Assembly (NCBI GenBank): GCA_037441425.1
Contig: JBBISF010000001.1
Location: forward strand, 69,068-133,067
Length of the DNA stretch: 64,000 nt
DNA from: Verrucomicrobiia bacterium
GTDB taxonomy: Bacteria > Verrucomicrobiota > Verrucomicrobiia > Palsa-1439
Direction: 5' to 3'
Under the pieces are notes generated by a model that did not search any database, was not told where the DNA came from, and worked only from the letters and a program-made list of their open reading frames with translations. The translations under genes and the position numbers were made by a program. Of the stretch, positions 56,622 to 64,000 are shown in pieces. Every line of letters starts with the position of its first letter. Position 1 is the stretch's first letter.

Positions 56622-58654
56622 GATGCACCACCGGCAAGTGGCACGGCGACCAGTACTACTTTGGGCTGCATTACGATCTGCACGCAAACAAGGGTGATGC
56701 CGAACTTGGCACCCGCTGCGGCGAGAAGGAACTCGTGCCGATGTTGCGGCGTATGGCGCCGGATTGGGTCCAGACCGACTGCAAAGGGCACGCCGGTTAC
56801 TTAAGCTGGTTTGCCAAAACGCCCGGCTCGGCGATCCCGCCCAAACTGAAGAAGGATGCGCTCCAGCAGTGGCGCGACGCGACGCGCAAGCTCGGCCTCC
56901 CGCTGCACTGCCATTACTCGGGTATTTGGGACCAGGCTGCGGGTGCGAAACATCGCGACTGGTGTGTGGTCGGTCCCACGGGCAAGGCGGTGGGCGCGCC
57001 GTTCGGCGGCAATGCGAACAAACCGACCTTCGAGAAGATGTGCCCCCGCTCGCCGTACCTCGATAAGTTGATGATCCCCCAGTTGCTGGAGTTGATCGAC
57101 CGCTACGACGTGGATGGTTTCTGGATCGACGGCGATCTGTGGGCCGCCGAGCCGTGCTACTGCCAACGCTGCCGCAAGGCATTTACGGCAAAGACTGGAC
57201 TGAAGTCGCCGCCAACTAACGAGAAGGATGCGCATTGGCCGCGCTGGTGGACGTTCACGCTGGAGAGCTTCGAGGAATACGTGACGCGTTACTGCGACGC
57301 CGTGCATCGCCACAAACCGGGCGTGCTGGTCTGCTCGAACTGGCTGCAGACGTTCACGAACCCCGGCGCGCCTAAAGTACCGACCGATTGGATCAGCGGC
57401 GACAACACCTATGTGTACGGTCTGGACGGCAGCCGTTGCGAAGCCCGGTTTCTGTCCACGCGCGGCAAACACTGGGACATCATGCTCTGGAACTTCTATT
57501 GCTCGCACGGGATGGGGCAGGCGGCTTCCCCGTGGACCGCCAAGCCCGCCCAGATGTTGATGCAAGAGGCGGCCGTACTACTGGCGTTCGGTGGGTCGGT
57601 GCAGATTTACGAAAACGGCGGTGGTGTGCGCGACGGCCGCTTGATTCCGTGGCGGCAAAACCGGTTGGGTACGGTCAGCCGGTTCGTCAAACAGCGCCGC
57701 GCTCTCTGCCAAAATACTGAAACGCTTCCGCAAATCGCCGTCCTGCACTCCGAACATCACATCCGCGCCACCACCCGCGGCAAAAACCTGATGTGGAACG
57801 TGGACACCACACCCGTCAGAGGCGCTGTATTTGCGTTACTCGAAAACCACTTCGGTGTGGACATCCTCGACGAATGGGCATTGCTCCCACGATTGGCCGA
57901 GTTTCCGGTGGTGGTCGCACCCGAGCGCGACGCCATGTCGGCGCCGATGGTGGCCGCCTTGCGAGAATATGTGCGGAATGGTGGCCATCTGATCGTGTCG
58001 GGTGCGGAGTCGTTCGACCGATTCAGCGGTGCGTTCCTCGGCGTGACGGCCGGCAAGATCGAGAAGAAGGCAACGTATCATATTCCCGCCACGGACGGTT
58101 CGGTGCCGTTATACAGCGAAGCTTGGCGGCTGGTGAAGCCGACGACGGCCAAGTCTCTTGGGCGGCTCGGTCGCCAGCCTTTTCGAGATAGTGAGTTGAC
58201 GCTGCATCCGGCAGCCACACTCAACCGGGTGGGCCGAGGTGCCGTCGCGTACATCCCGGCGGCCGTGTTCCGCGACTTTGGTCATAACCGCTACCCGCTC
58301 ACCCGCGCCTTTGTCGGCGAAGTCGTGCTCCAGCTCGCCGGCCGGTTCGAGATTGAAGTGACCGCGCCGGTTTGCGTGGACGTGGCGTTGCGGCGCAAGG
58401 GTGACAAATCCATCGTGCACCTCATCAACCGCTCTAGTGGCATCCCCAACCAACCGAATAACGGCGCTGTTGACGAGATTCCGCGTGTCGGCCCCATCAC
58501 CATGACGCTGCGCAGCCCCCGACGACCCGCAGCCGTTACCGTGGCGCTGGAGAAATGCGGCTGCGTCTGGAAATATGCCGCCGGCAAACTCACCGTCACG
58601 CTTGATCAGTTTGCCATTCACGCCGCCGTGGTCATCAGAAAGGCAAAGCCATGA
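56618..58654 (+). CDS. putative glycoside hydrolase (TIM-barrel GHL-type N-domain plus beta-galactosidase-trimerisation-like GATase1 domain)
   Basis: YYFGLHYDLH...DGFWIDGDLW in the N-domain. PVVVAPERDAMSAPMVAALREYVRNGGHLIVSG matches a GH42M-like domain. ATGA overlap with the upstream SDR. Confidence 0.45.
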   Translation: MRCTTGKWHGDQYYFGLHYDLHANKGDAELGTRCGEKELVPMLRRMAPDWVQTDCKGHAGYLSWFAKTPGSAIPPKLKKDALQQWRDATRKLGLPLHCHYSGIWDQAAGAKHRDWCVVGPTGKAVGAPFGGNANKPTFEKMCPRSPYLDKLMIPQLLELIDRYDVDGFWIDGDLWAAEPCYCQRCRKAFTAKTGLKSPPTNEKDAHWPRWWTFTLESFEEYVTRYCDAVHRHKPGVLVCSNWLQTFTNPGAPKVPTDWISGDNTYVYGLDGSRCEARFLSTRGKHWDIMLWNFYCSHGMGQAASPWTAKPAQMLMQEAAVLLAFGGSVQIYENGGGVRDGRLIPWRQNRLGTVSRFVKQRRALCQNTETLPQIAVLHSEHHIRATTRGKNLMWNVDTTPVRGAVFALLENHFGVDILDEWALLPRLAEFPVVVAPERDAMSAPMVAALREYVRNGGHLIVSGAESFDRFSGAFLGVTAGKIEKKATYHIPATDGSVPLYSEAWRLVKPTTAKSLGRLGRQPFRDSELTLHPAATLNRVGRGAVAYIPAAVFRDFGHNRYPLTRAFVGEVVLQLAGRFEIEVTAPVCVDVALRRKGDKSIVHLINRSSGIPNQPNNGAVDEIPRVGPITMTLRSPRRPAAVTVALEKCGCVWKYAAGKLTVTLDQFAIHAAVVIRKAKP

Positions 58655-59394
58655 AAATTGATCTCACCAACAAAATTGCCGTGGTCACCGGCGCGACCGG
58701 TGAATTGGGCCGGGTGATGGCGAGGAAGTTAGCGGCGTGCGGCGCACGCGTGGCCATCCATTATCACAAGGCTGCCGACAAAGCGGCGGCGCTGCAAAAG
58801 GAACTGCCGGGTTCCTGTGTCGTGCAGGCGGATGTGACCAAGCCCGCCGACATCCGCCGGATGCGCGATGAGATTCACCGGCAACTCGGTGCGCCGGACA
58901 TCATCGTGAACAACGCCGTCATCCAGTACCAATGGACGCAGGTGCTGCAACAATCAGTGGACGATTACCGGTCGCAGTTCGAGAGCTGCGTGTTGCACAA
59001 CGTGCTCATGGCGCAAACGTTCGTGCCGGCCATGATTGAGAAAAAGTGGGGGCGCGTCATCGCGATCAATACCGAGTGCGCCATGCAGAACTGGCCGAGT
59101 CAATCCGCTTACGTCTCCGGCAAGCGGGGCATGGACGGCGTGTTGCGGGTGCTCGCCAAAGAAGTTGGCGAACACGGCATCACCGTCAATCAAGTCGCCC
59201 CCGGCTGGACGGTCAGCGAAACCCGCCCAGCCGCCGGACGTCCCGACTGGTATCTCAACGGTGTCCCGCTGAAACGCTGGGGCGAGGATCGGGACATTGC
59301 CAACGCCGTCGCTTTCCTCGCGTCAGATTTGGCCCGGTTTATCACAGGTGTTTATCTTCCCGTCTGCGGCGGCAACGTGATGCCGGCCATTTAG
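58651..59394 (+). CDS. SDR-family oxidoreductase (FabG-like)
   Basis: VTGATGELGRVMA, NNAV and YVSGKRG. ATGA overlap with the upstream gene. Confidence 0.8.
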   Translation: MKIDLTNKIAVVTGATGELGRVMARKLAACGARVAIHYHKAADKAAALQKELPGSCVVQADVTKPADIRRMRDEIHRQLGAPDIIVNNAVIQYQWTQVLQQSVDDYRSQFESCVLHNVLMAQTFVPAMIEKKWGRVIAINTECAMQNWPSQSAYVSGKRGMDGVLRVLAKEVGEHGITVNQVAPGWTVSETRPAAGRPDWYLNGVPLKRWGEDRDIANAVAFLASDLARFITGVYLPVCGGNVMPAI

Positions 59395-59398
59395 TCTG

Positions 59399-60529
59399 AT
59401 GAAGATCGTTGTCGCGCTCGATAAGTTCAGGGGCAGTCTCACGGCGACGGAGGGGTGTGAAATTGTCCGGCAGGCGCTGCTGAAAATGCAGCCGGATTGG
59501 GAAATTGTGGTGAAACCGATGGCCGATGGCGGGGAGGGAACTGCTTCGGCATTGCAAACATCGCTCGGCGGCGCGTGGATCACGGCACCGGTGACCGGGC
59601 CATTGCCGGGAATGTCGGTGGACGCGCGTTATCTGTGGGTGGCAGAACCGCAATTAGCAGTCGTGGAGATGGCGAATGCAAGCGGGTTGGTGTTGCTGCC
59701 GCCGGAACGGCGTGACCCGCTCAAAACCACAACGTTCGGCACGGGCGAGTTGATTCGTCACGCGATGGAACGCGGAGCACGACGCATTCTGCTCGGCGTG
59801 GGCGGCAGCGCGACGGTGGACGGCGGGGTGGGGGCGGCGATGGCGTTGGGCGGGAAATTTCTGGATGAGAGTGGACGACCCGTTGGTCTGGGTGGTGGCG
59901 AGTTGGAGAAGATCGCCCAGATCGGACGGCCCGGCGGTCTGTCACTGCCGGTGATCGAAGTGCTCTGCGATGTGGATAATCCGCTGTGCGGTGAGCACGG
60001 CGCGGCGCGGGTGTTCGGTCCACAGAAGGGCGCGACGCCGGAGGGGGTGGCGCGTCTGGATGCCGGGCTGGCGCATTTGGCCCGGTTGGTTTGGGAACAA
60101 TTCGGGAAGAAAATCGCGGCGGTGCCGGGTGCGGGCGCAGCGGGTGGATTGGCGGCGGGCGCAGGGGCGTTCCTGGATGCGCGGTTGATGCCGGGCGCAG
60201 AAACGATCATGGCCTTAACAGAAATGGAAATCAGCTTGCGCAATGCTGATTGGGTGATTACCGGGGAGGGCCGATTCGATGCACAGTCGTTGCGCGGGAA
60301 GGTGGTCTCGGCTGTTACCAAATTGGCCAGGCAACATGGCGCACGAGTGGCTGTTTTGGCAGGGGCGGTGACGGTGGCGGAATCAGCGTATCGCGCGGCG
60401 GGCGTGGAGGTTGCGATTTCGTCGCAGCCCCCGGGAATGGCGCTGGAGCAGGCGTTGACGCGGGCCCCGGAATTATTGGCTGCCGGGGTTCAACGATTGG
60501 CGGCAAATTGTTTGGCGTCGGGGCGTTAG
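59399..60529 (+). CDS. glycerate kinase (GlxK/GarK family)
   Basis: MKIVVALDKFRGSLTA...PMADGGEGT...LLGVGGSATVDGGVGAA...VITGEGRFDAQSLRGKV is the glycerate kinase I family signature. Confidence 0.85.
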   Translation: MKIVVALDKFRGSLTATEGCEIVRQALLKMQPDWEIVVKPMADGGEGTASALQTSLGGAWITAPVTGPLPGMSVDARYLWVAEPQLAVVEMANASGLVLLPPERRDPLKTTTFGTGELIRHAMERGARRILLGVGGSATVDGGVGAAMALGGKFLDESGRPVGLGGGELEKIAQIGRPGGLSLPVIEVLCDVDNPLCGEHGAARVFGPQKGATPEGVARLDAGLAHLARLVWEQFGKKIAAVPGAGAAGGLAAGAGAFLDARLMPGAETIMALTEMEISLRNADWVITGEGRFDAQSLRGKVVSAVTKLARQHGARVAVLAGAVTVAESAYRAAGVEVAISSQPPGMALEQALTRAPELLAAGVQRLAANCLASGR

Positions 60530-60574
60530 CCGTCCGCGGCCCGGTCTGGTTATTGCTTTTTGAGGGGCCAAGCC

Positions 60575-61273
60575 ATGAGCGAAACCCTCACCGTTCTGCC
60601 GGCTCCGGCCCCGGAGACCAAAAAAGAGGTCATCCGGTTGGGTGATCTGTTTTCCGTGGCGGACCAGATTCAGGCGCTTTGTCTGGCGCAGAAGACAGCG
60701 GAGATCCGGCTGGTCAACGTGGCGCCCTCCGGCTGCCTCAACATCGTGGAAGGTGAGGTGGTGCACGCGCAGTTTGGCAATCGCACAGGATTGGAGGCGG
60801 CCATCGCGCTGATCAACTTGCGCGACCCGGCTTCCGAGATTCATACCGGCACCCTGCCCAAACAACGGACAATCCATCTGGGATTCGTCCACATCCTGCT
60901 GGAGGCGGCCGGGCGCAAAGACGAAACGCTGGCCGGTGAATACCCGTCGGTGGAGGCGAAGCTTGCGCCGGTGCCGGCCACGTTACAGGTGATTTTACCG
61001 GATCGCACCATCCATCATCTGCTGGAGCCGGGGCTGACATTGATCGGGCGTTCGCCCTTCAACGACATCGTCGTCCCGGACGAGACCATCTCCAAGCGGC
61101 ACGCGAGCATTGCGGTTTCCAGCGGCGGCGTGTTGCTGCGGGATTTGGATTCCACAAACGGCACGTTCGTCGAGGGGCAGCACGTCACGGATTGGCACTT
61201 AATCGGCCTGACGCACCTGAAGTTCGGCAACATCGACGCCTACTTCACGCCGCCACCCGAGCCGGAAAAATAA
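60575..61273 (+). CDS. DUF4388 (PATAN-like) plus FHA domain protein
   Basis: N-terminal GDLFSVADQIQALCLAQKTAEIRL...IVEGEVVHAQFGNRTGLEA. C-terminal FHA LIGRSPFNDIVVPDETISKRHASI...DLDSTNGTFVEGQ. Confidence 0.7.
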   Translation: MSETLTVLPAPAPETKKEVIRLGDLFSVADQIQALCLAQKTAEIRLVNVAPSGCLNIVEGEVVHAQFGNRTGLEAAIALINLRDPASEIHTGTLPKQRTIHLGFVHILLEAAGRKDETLAGEYPSVEAKLAPVPATLQVILPDRTIHHLLEPGLTLIGRSPFNDIVVPDETISKRHASIAVSSGGVLLRDLDSTNGTFVEGQHVTDWHLIGLTHLKFGNIDAYFTPPPEPEK

Positions 61274-61279
61274 AACCGG

Positions 61280-62182
61280 CTACGCCACTTCCTGCGCGAC
61301 CCAGTGCTCCTGGCTGACTTCGCGCCATTCGGTTTTCACATCCTGAATGCGCCGCCGGGCCTCTTCGGGGGAAAGGTCGTCGAGCACGAGGCGCTGCCGA
61401 CGGCGCGCGGGGTCCACGTCCGGCACCGCGGAGAGCAACGCCTGCGTGTACCGATGCTGTGGATTCCGGTAAATCTCCGCCGCTGACGCTTGCTCGACGA
61501 TTCTGCCGAAGTACATCACCAATACCCGGTCGCTGATGTGCTCGACCACCGCGAGGTCGTGCGCGATGAATAGGTAGGTGAGTTTTAGTTTCTCCTGCAA
61601 CTCCTGGAGTAGATTGATGATTTGCGCTTGCACGCTCACGTCCAACGCGCTCACCGGCTCGTCGCACACGATGAACTTCGGTTGCACGGCCAGCGCGCGG
61701 GCGATGCCGATGCGCTGGCGTTGGCCGCCGCTGAATTCGTGCGGATACCGGCGCGCGTGATCGGGTGAAAGCCCCACCGCGTTGAGCAACTCCGCCACCC
61801 GGTGGCGTTCCGCCTGCCGGTTGGCGCAGAGTTTGTGGATGCGCAGGGCTTCGCCAATGATGTTGCCGACGGTCATCCGCGGATTCAACGAGCCGTACGG
61901 ATCCTGAAAAATCATCTGGGCGTGCCGGCGAGAAGCGCGCCGATTGGTAATCGGCTGACCGGCAAAAAGGACTTCGCCCGCCGTCGGTTCAATCAACTGC
62001 AAAATCGTGCGTCCCAGCGTCGTCTTCCCACAGCCGGATTCACCGACCAGACCGACGGTTTCGCCTTCGTTGATGGCGAACGAGACGCCATCCACCGCCC
62101 GCACCCACGCGACCGGCCGCTGTAACACCCCGGCGCGCACCGGGAAATGGGTCTTGAGGTTTTTAATTTCGACAAGGCTCAT
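61280..62182 (-). CDS. oligopeptide/dipeptide ABC transporter ATP-binding protein (OppF/DppF-like)
   Basis: Walker [10 protein letters not shown], signature FSGGQRQR, Walker [13 protein letters not shown]. Confidence 0.9.
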   Translation of the reverse strand: MSLVEIKNLKTHFPVRAGVLQRPVAWVRAVDGVSFAINEGETVGLVGESGCGKTTLGRTILQLIEPTAGEVLFAGQPITNRRASRRHAQMIFQDPYGSLNPRMTVGNIIGEALRIHKLCANRQAERHRVAELLNAVGLSPDHARRYPHEFSGGQRQRIGIARALAVQPKFIVCDEPVSALDVSVQAQIINLLQELQEKLKLTYLFIAHDLAVVEHISDRVLVMYFGRIVEQASAAEIYRNPQHRYTQALLSAVPDVDPARRRQRLVLDDLSPEEARRRIQDVKTEWREVSQEHWVAQEVA

Positions 62183-63132
62183 GATTCAGCCAACGGGCAG
62201 CGCACCCGGCCCTTCAGCAACGCCGGTTCAGGATCAACCCGGCACTCCGGGCGCGCGATCTCGCAGCGTGGATGAAACTTGCAGCCGGCCGGCAAACGAG
62301 CGGCGTTGGGCACACTTCCGGGAATGGAGTGAAGCCGTTCGCCCGCTGCGCCCAATCGAGGGATCGAACGCATGAGGGCGATTGTATAGGGATGCAACGG
62401 CTTGGCCAGCAGCGCGGCCGCCGGCGCGTATTCCACAATCCGTCCGGCATACATCACCGCGACGTTGTCCGCAATGTCGCCGACGATACCGAGGTTGTGC
62501 GTGATGAGCAGGATGCTCATCTGTAACTGTTGTTTCAGTTCCTTGAGCAGGTCGAGAATCTGCGCTTGGATCGTGACGTCGAGTGCCGTGGTTGGCTCAT
62601 CGGCCACCAAGAGAGCTGGCTGACACGCCAGCGCCATCGCGATCATCACTCGTTGCTGCATTCCACCACTGAATTGGTGTGGGTAATCCCGCATCCGTCG
62701 TTCCGGCTCCGGAATGTGAACCAACTTTAACAATCGCACCACTTCGGCGTCGGTCGCCACGTCCGGCCGGTGAAGCTGGAGCATTTCTTTGATCTGGTAA
62801 CCGACACGAAATACCGGATTCAGTGAGGTGGCCGGTTCCTGAAAGATGTAGGAAATTTTTGCGCCACGGATTGCCCGCAGCCGCTCTTTGTCCATCTTCA
62901 GCACATCTTCGCCATCCAGCCGAATCTCGCCCCCTTTGTACTTGCCGGGCGGCGTGGCCACGAGTTTGGCCAGCGATAAGGCCGTCACGCTCTTGCCGCA
63001 CCCGGACTCGCCGACCAACGCCAGCGTCTCGCCACGTTCGATGGTAAACGACACTCCATCCACCGCCCGGACTTCTCCTTCGTCCGTGAGGAAACTTATC
63101 CGTAGTTCGCGGATGTCGAGGAGCGCGCTCAT
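62179..63132 (-). CDS. oligopeptide/dipeptide ABC transporter ATP-binding protein (OppD/DppD-like)
   Basis: [35 protein letters not shown] overlap with the downstream ATPase gene. Confidence 0.9.
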   Translation of the reverse strand: MSALLDIRELRISFLTDEGEVRAVDGVSFTIERGETLALVGESGCGKSVTALSLAKLVATPPGKYKGGEIRLDGEDVLKMDKERLRAIRGAKISYIFQEPATSLNPVFRVGYQIKEMLQLHRPDVATDAEVVRLLKLVHIPEPERRMRDYPHQFSGGMQQRVMIAMALACQPALLVADEPTTALDVTIQAQILDLLKELKQQLQMSILLITHNLGIVGDIADNVAVMYAGRIVEYAPAAALLAKPLHPYTIALMRSIPRLGAAGERLHSIPGSVPNAARLPAGCKFHPRCEIARPECRVDPEPALLKGRVRCPLAES

Positions 63133-64000
63133 GCGGTCTTAGCTTCAGCGGTTCGGAGTTTGGGGTCAAGCGCGTCGCGCAGGGCGTCGCCAAACAGGTT
63201 GAGGGCGAGGACGAGGAAGAACATCGCCGCCGTCGCGCCGCCGAGTTCCCACCAGTTTCCGAGCCAGAGGCGTTGTTTGGCGTCGTTGATGATCGCGCCC
63301 CAGCTGGGTTCGTTGGCGATGCCGATGCCGAGATAGGTCAGGACGACTTCGGCCAGAATCAGGTTCGGAAAGCTCAGGGAAAAATTGATGATGATCAGGT
63401 GGAGCACGTTGGGCATGATGTGGCGGAATATAATCGAGGTATGACTGGCGCCGAGCGCCCGGGCGGCCAACACGTACTGCCGTTCGCGGTGCTTGAGGTA
63501 TTCGCCGCGGATGATCCGGCAGAGACCGACCCAGCCGGTAAAGCCCATGCCGGTGCAGATGGCCAGCAGACCGGGATCAATGTAACGCGTCACGGATTGC
63601 ATCGCCGGGCTGCGTTCGACGGCGGAACGCGAGACGTAGGCGATAGACATGATGAGGAGAATTCCCGGTACTGACGCCACGACCGAGTACAGATAAACGA
63701 CCACGCTGTCCAGTTTGCCGCCGAAGTAACCGGCCAGCGCGCCCAGTGTGAATCCGAGCGGGATAACGATGATGGACGTCAGTAACCCAATCTCAAACGC
63801 AATGCGCGTCCCTTGGATGAGTTGGTTGAGGTTATCACGCCCGGCAAAGTTGGTGCCCAACACATGCTTGAGGGTGGGCGCTTCGTTGCGAATTTCGTAG
63901 TGCGAGATTTTGTATTCGGGGACGATGCCACGCACCTTGGCGCTCCAGTAAACGCCTTCCGCGTACAGCCAGGTTGCCGCGTACACGCAAAGGATCGCCA
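63129..64000 (-). CDS. oligopeptide/dipeptide ABC transporter permease (OppC/DppC-like), 5' end beyond the window
   Basis: [19 protein letters not shown] is the OppC/DppC periplasmic-loop motif, here only about 40 aa from the window edge. The EAA region is [19 protein letters not shown]. The frame stays open to nt 64000. Confidence 0.8.
   Translation of the reverse strand, partial: AILCVYAATWLYAEGVYWSAKVRGIVPEYKISHYEIRNEAPTLKHVLGTNFAGRDNLNQLIQGTRIAFEIGLLTSIIVIPLGFTLGALAGYFGGKLDSVVVYLYSVVASVPGILLIMSIAYVSRSAVERSPAMQSVTRYIDPGLLAICTGMGFTGWVGLCRIIRGEYLKHRERQYVLAARALGASHTSIIFRHIMPNVLHLIIINFSLSFPNLILAEVVLTYLGIGIANEPSWGAIINDAKQRLWLGNWWELGGATAAMFFLVLALNLFGDALRDALDPKLRTAEAKTA

Noticed and set aside
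1-64000. CRISPR arrays, rRNA genes, IS elements or transposases
   Set aside because: There are no regularly spaced direct repeats, no rRNA-like conserved stretches, and no DDE/transposase-like ORFs anywhere in the window.

Overview
This is a high-GC, gene-dense chromosomal segment with about 60 CDS and two tRNAs. I found no rRNA, CRISPR array, transposase or integrase. Lineage markers point to a PVC-superphylum bacterium (Verrucomicrobiota/Planctomycetota-like): a DUF1559 pseudopilin-like protein with a prepilin N-methylation motif, a PEP-CTERM protein, many SD-less starts and pervasive 4-nt stop/start overlaps. Many long ORFs on the antisense strand are GC-driven artefacts and are listed under rejections.

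Solid housekeeping calls are zwf-opcA, fabI, purD, rtcB, a PPK2, a glycogen-debranching enzyme, tRNA-Asp(GTC) and tRNA-Val(TAC).

Two carbohydrate loci carry a mannose theme. The first (3.1-11.2 kb) has a GH99/GH71-like secreted hydrolase with a coupled tandem-CBM-like protein, plus an SBP, two permeases and a GH130 enzyme. The second (50.8-60.5 kb) is a tightly overlapped 8-gene operon divergent from an AraC regulator: PhyH dioxygenase, SGNH esterase, URO-D-like, GH38 alpha-mannosidase, SDR, a GH-like protein, SDR and glycerate kinase.

The most unusual feature lies at 14.3-23.0 kb. Six consecutive large polytopic membrane proteins with GT-C-like glycosyltransferase features sit in a divergent 3+3 arrangement. 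The three on the plus strand are tandem paralogs joined by conserved ATGA junctions. The cluster is flanked by an Flp-family pilin gene and a sigma-54-dependent response regulator. I read it as a candidate undescribed extracytoplasmic (polyprenyl-phosphate-sugar dependent) glycosylation system.

Other notable items are a single 739-aa ORF fusing LMW-PTP, RpiB and serine hydroxymethyltransferase, an rtcB-ECF sigma-anti-sigma operon, and an array of TGTCAC repeats next to the tRNA genes.
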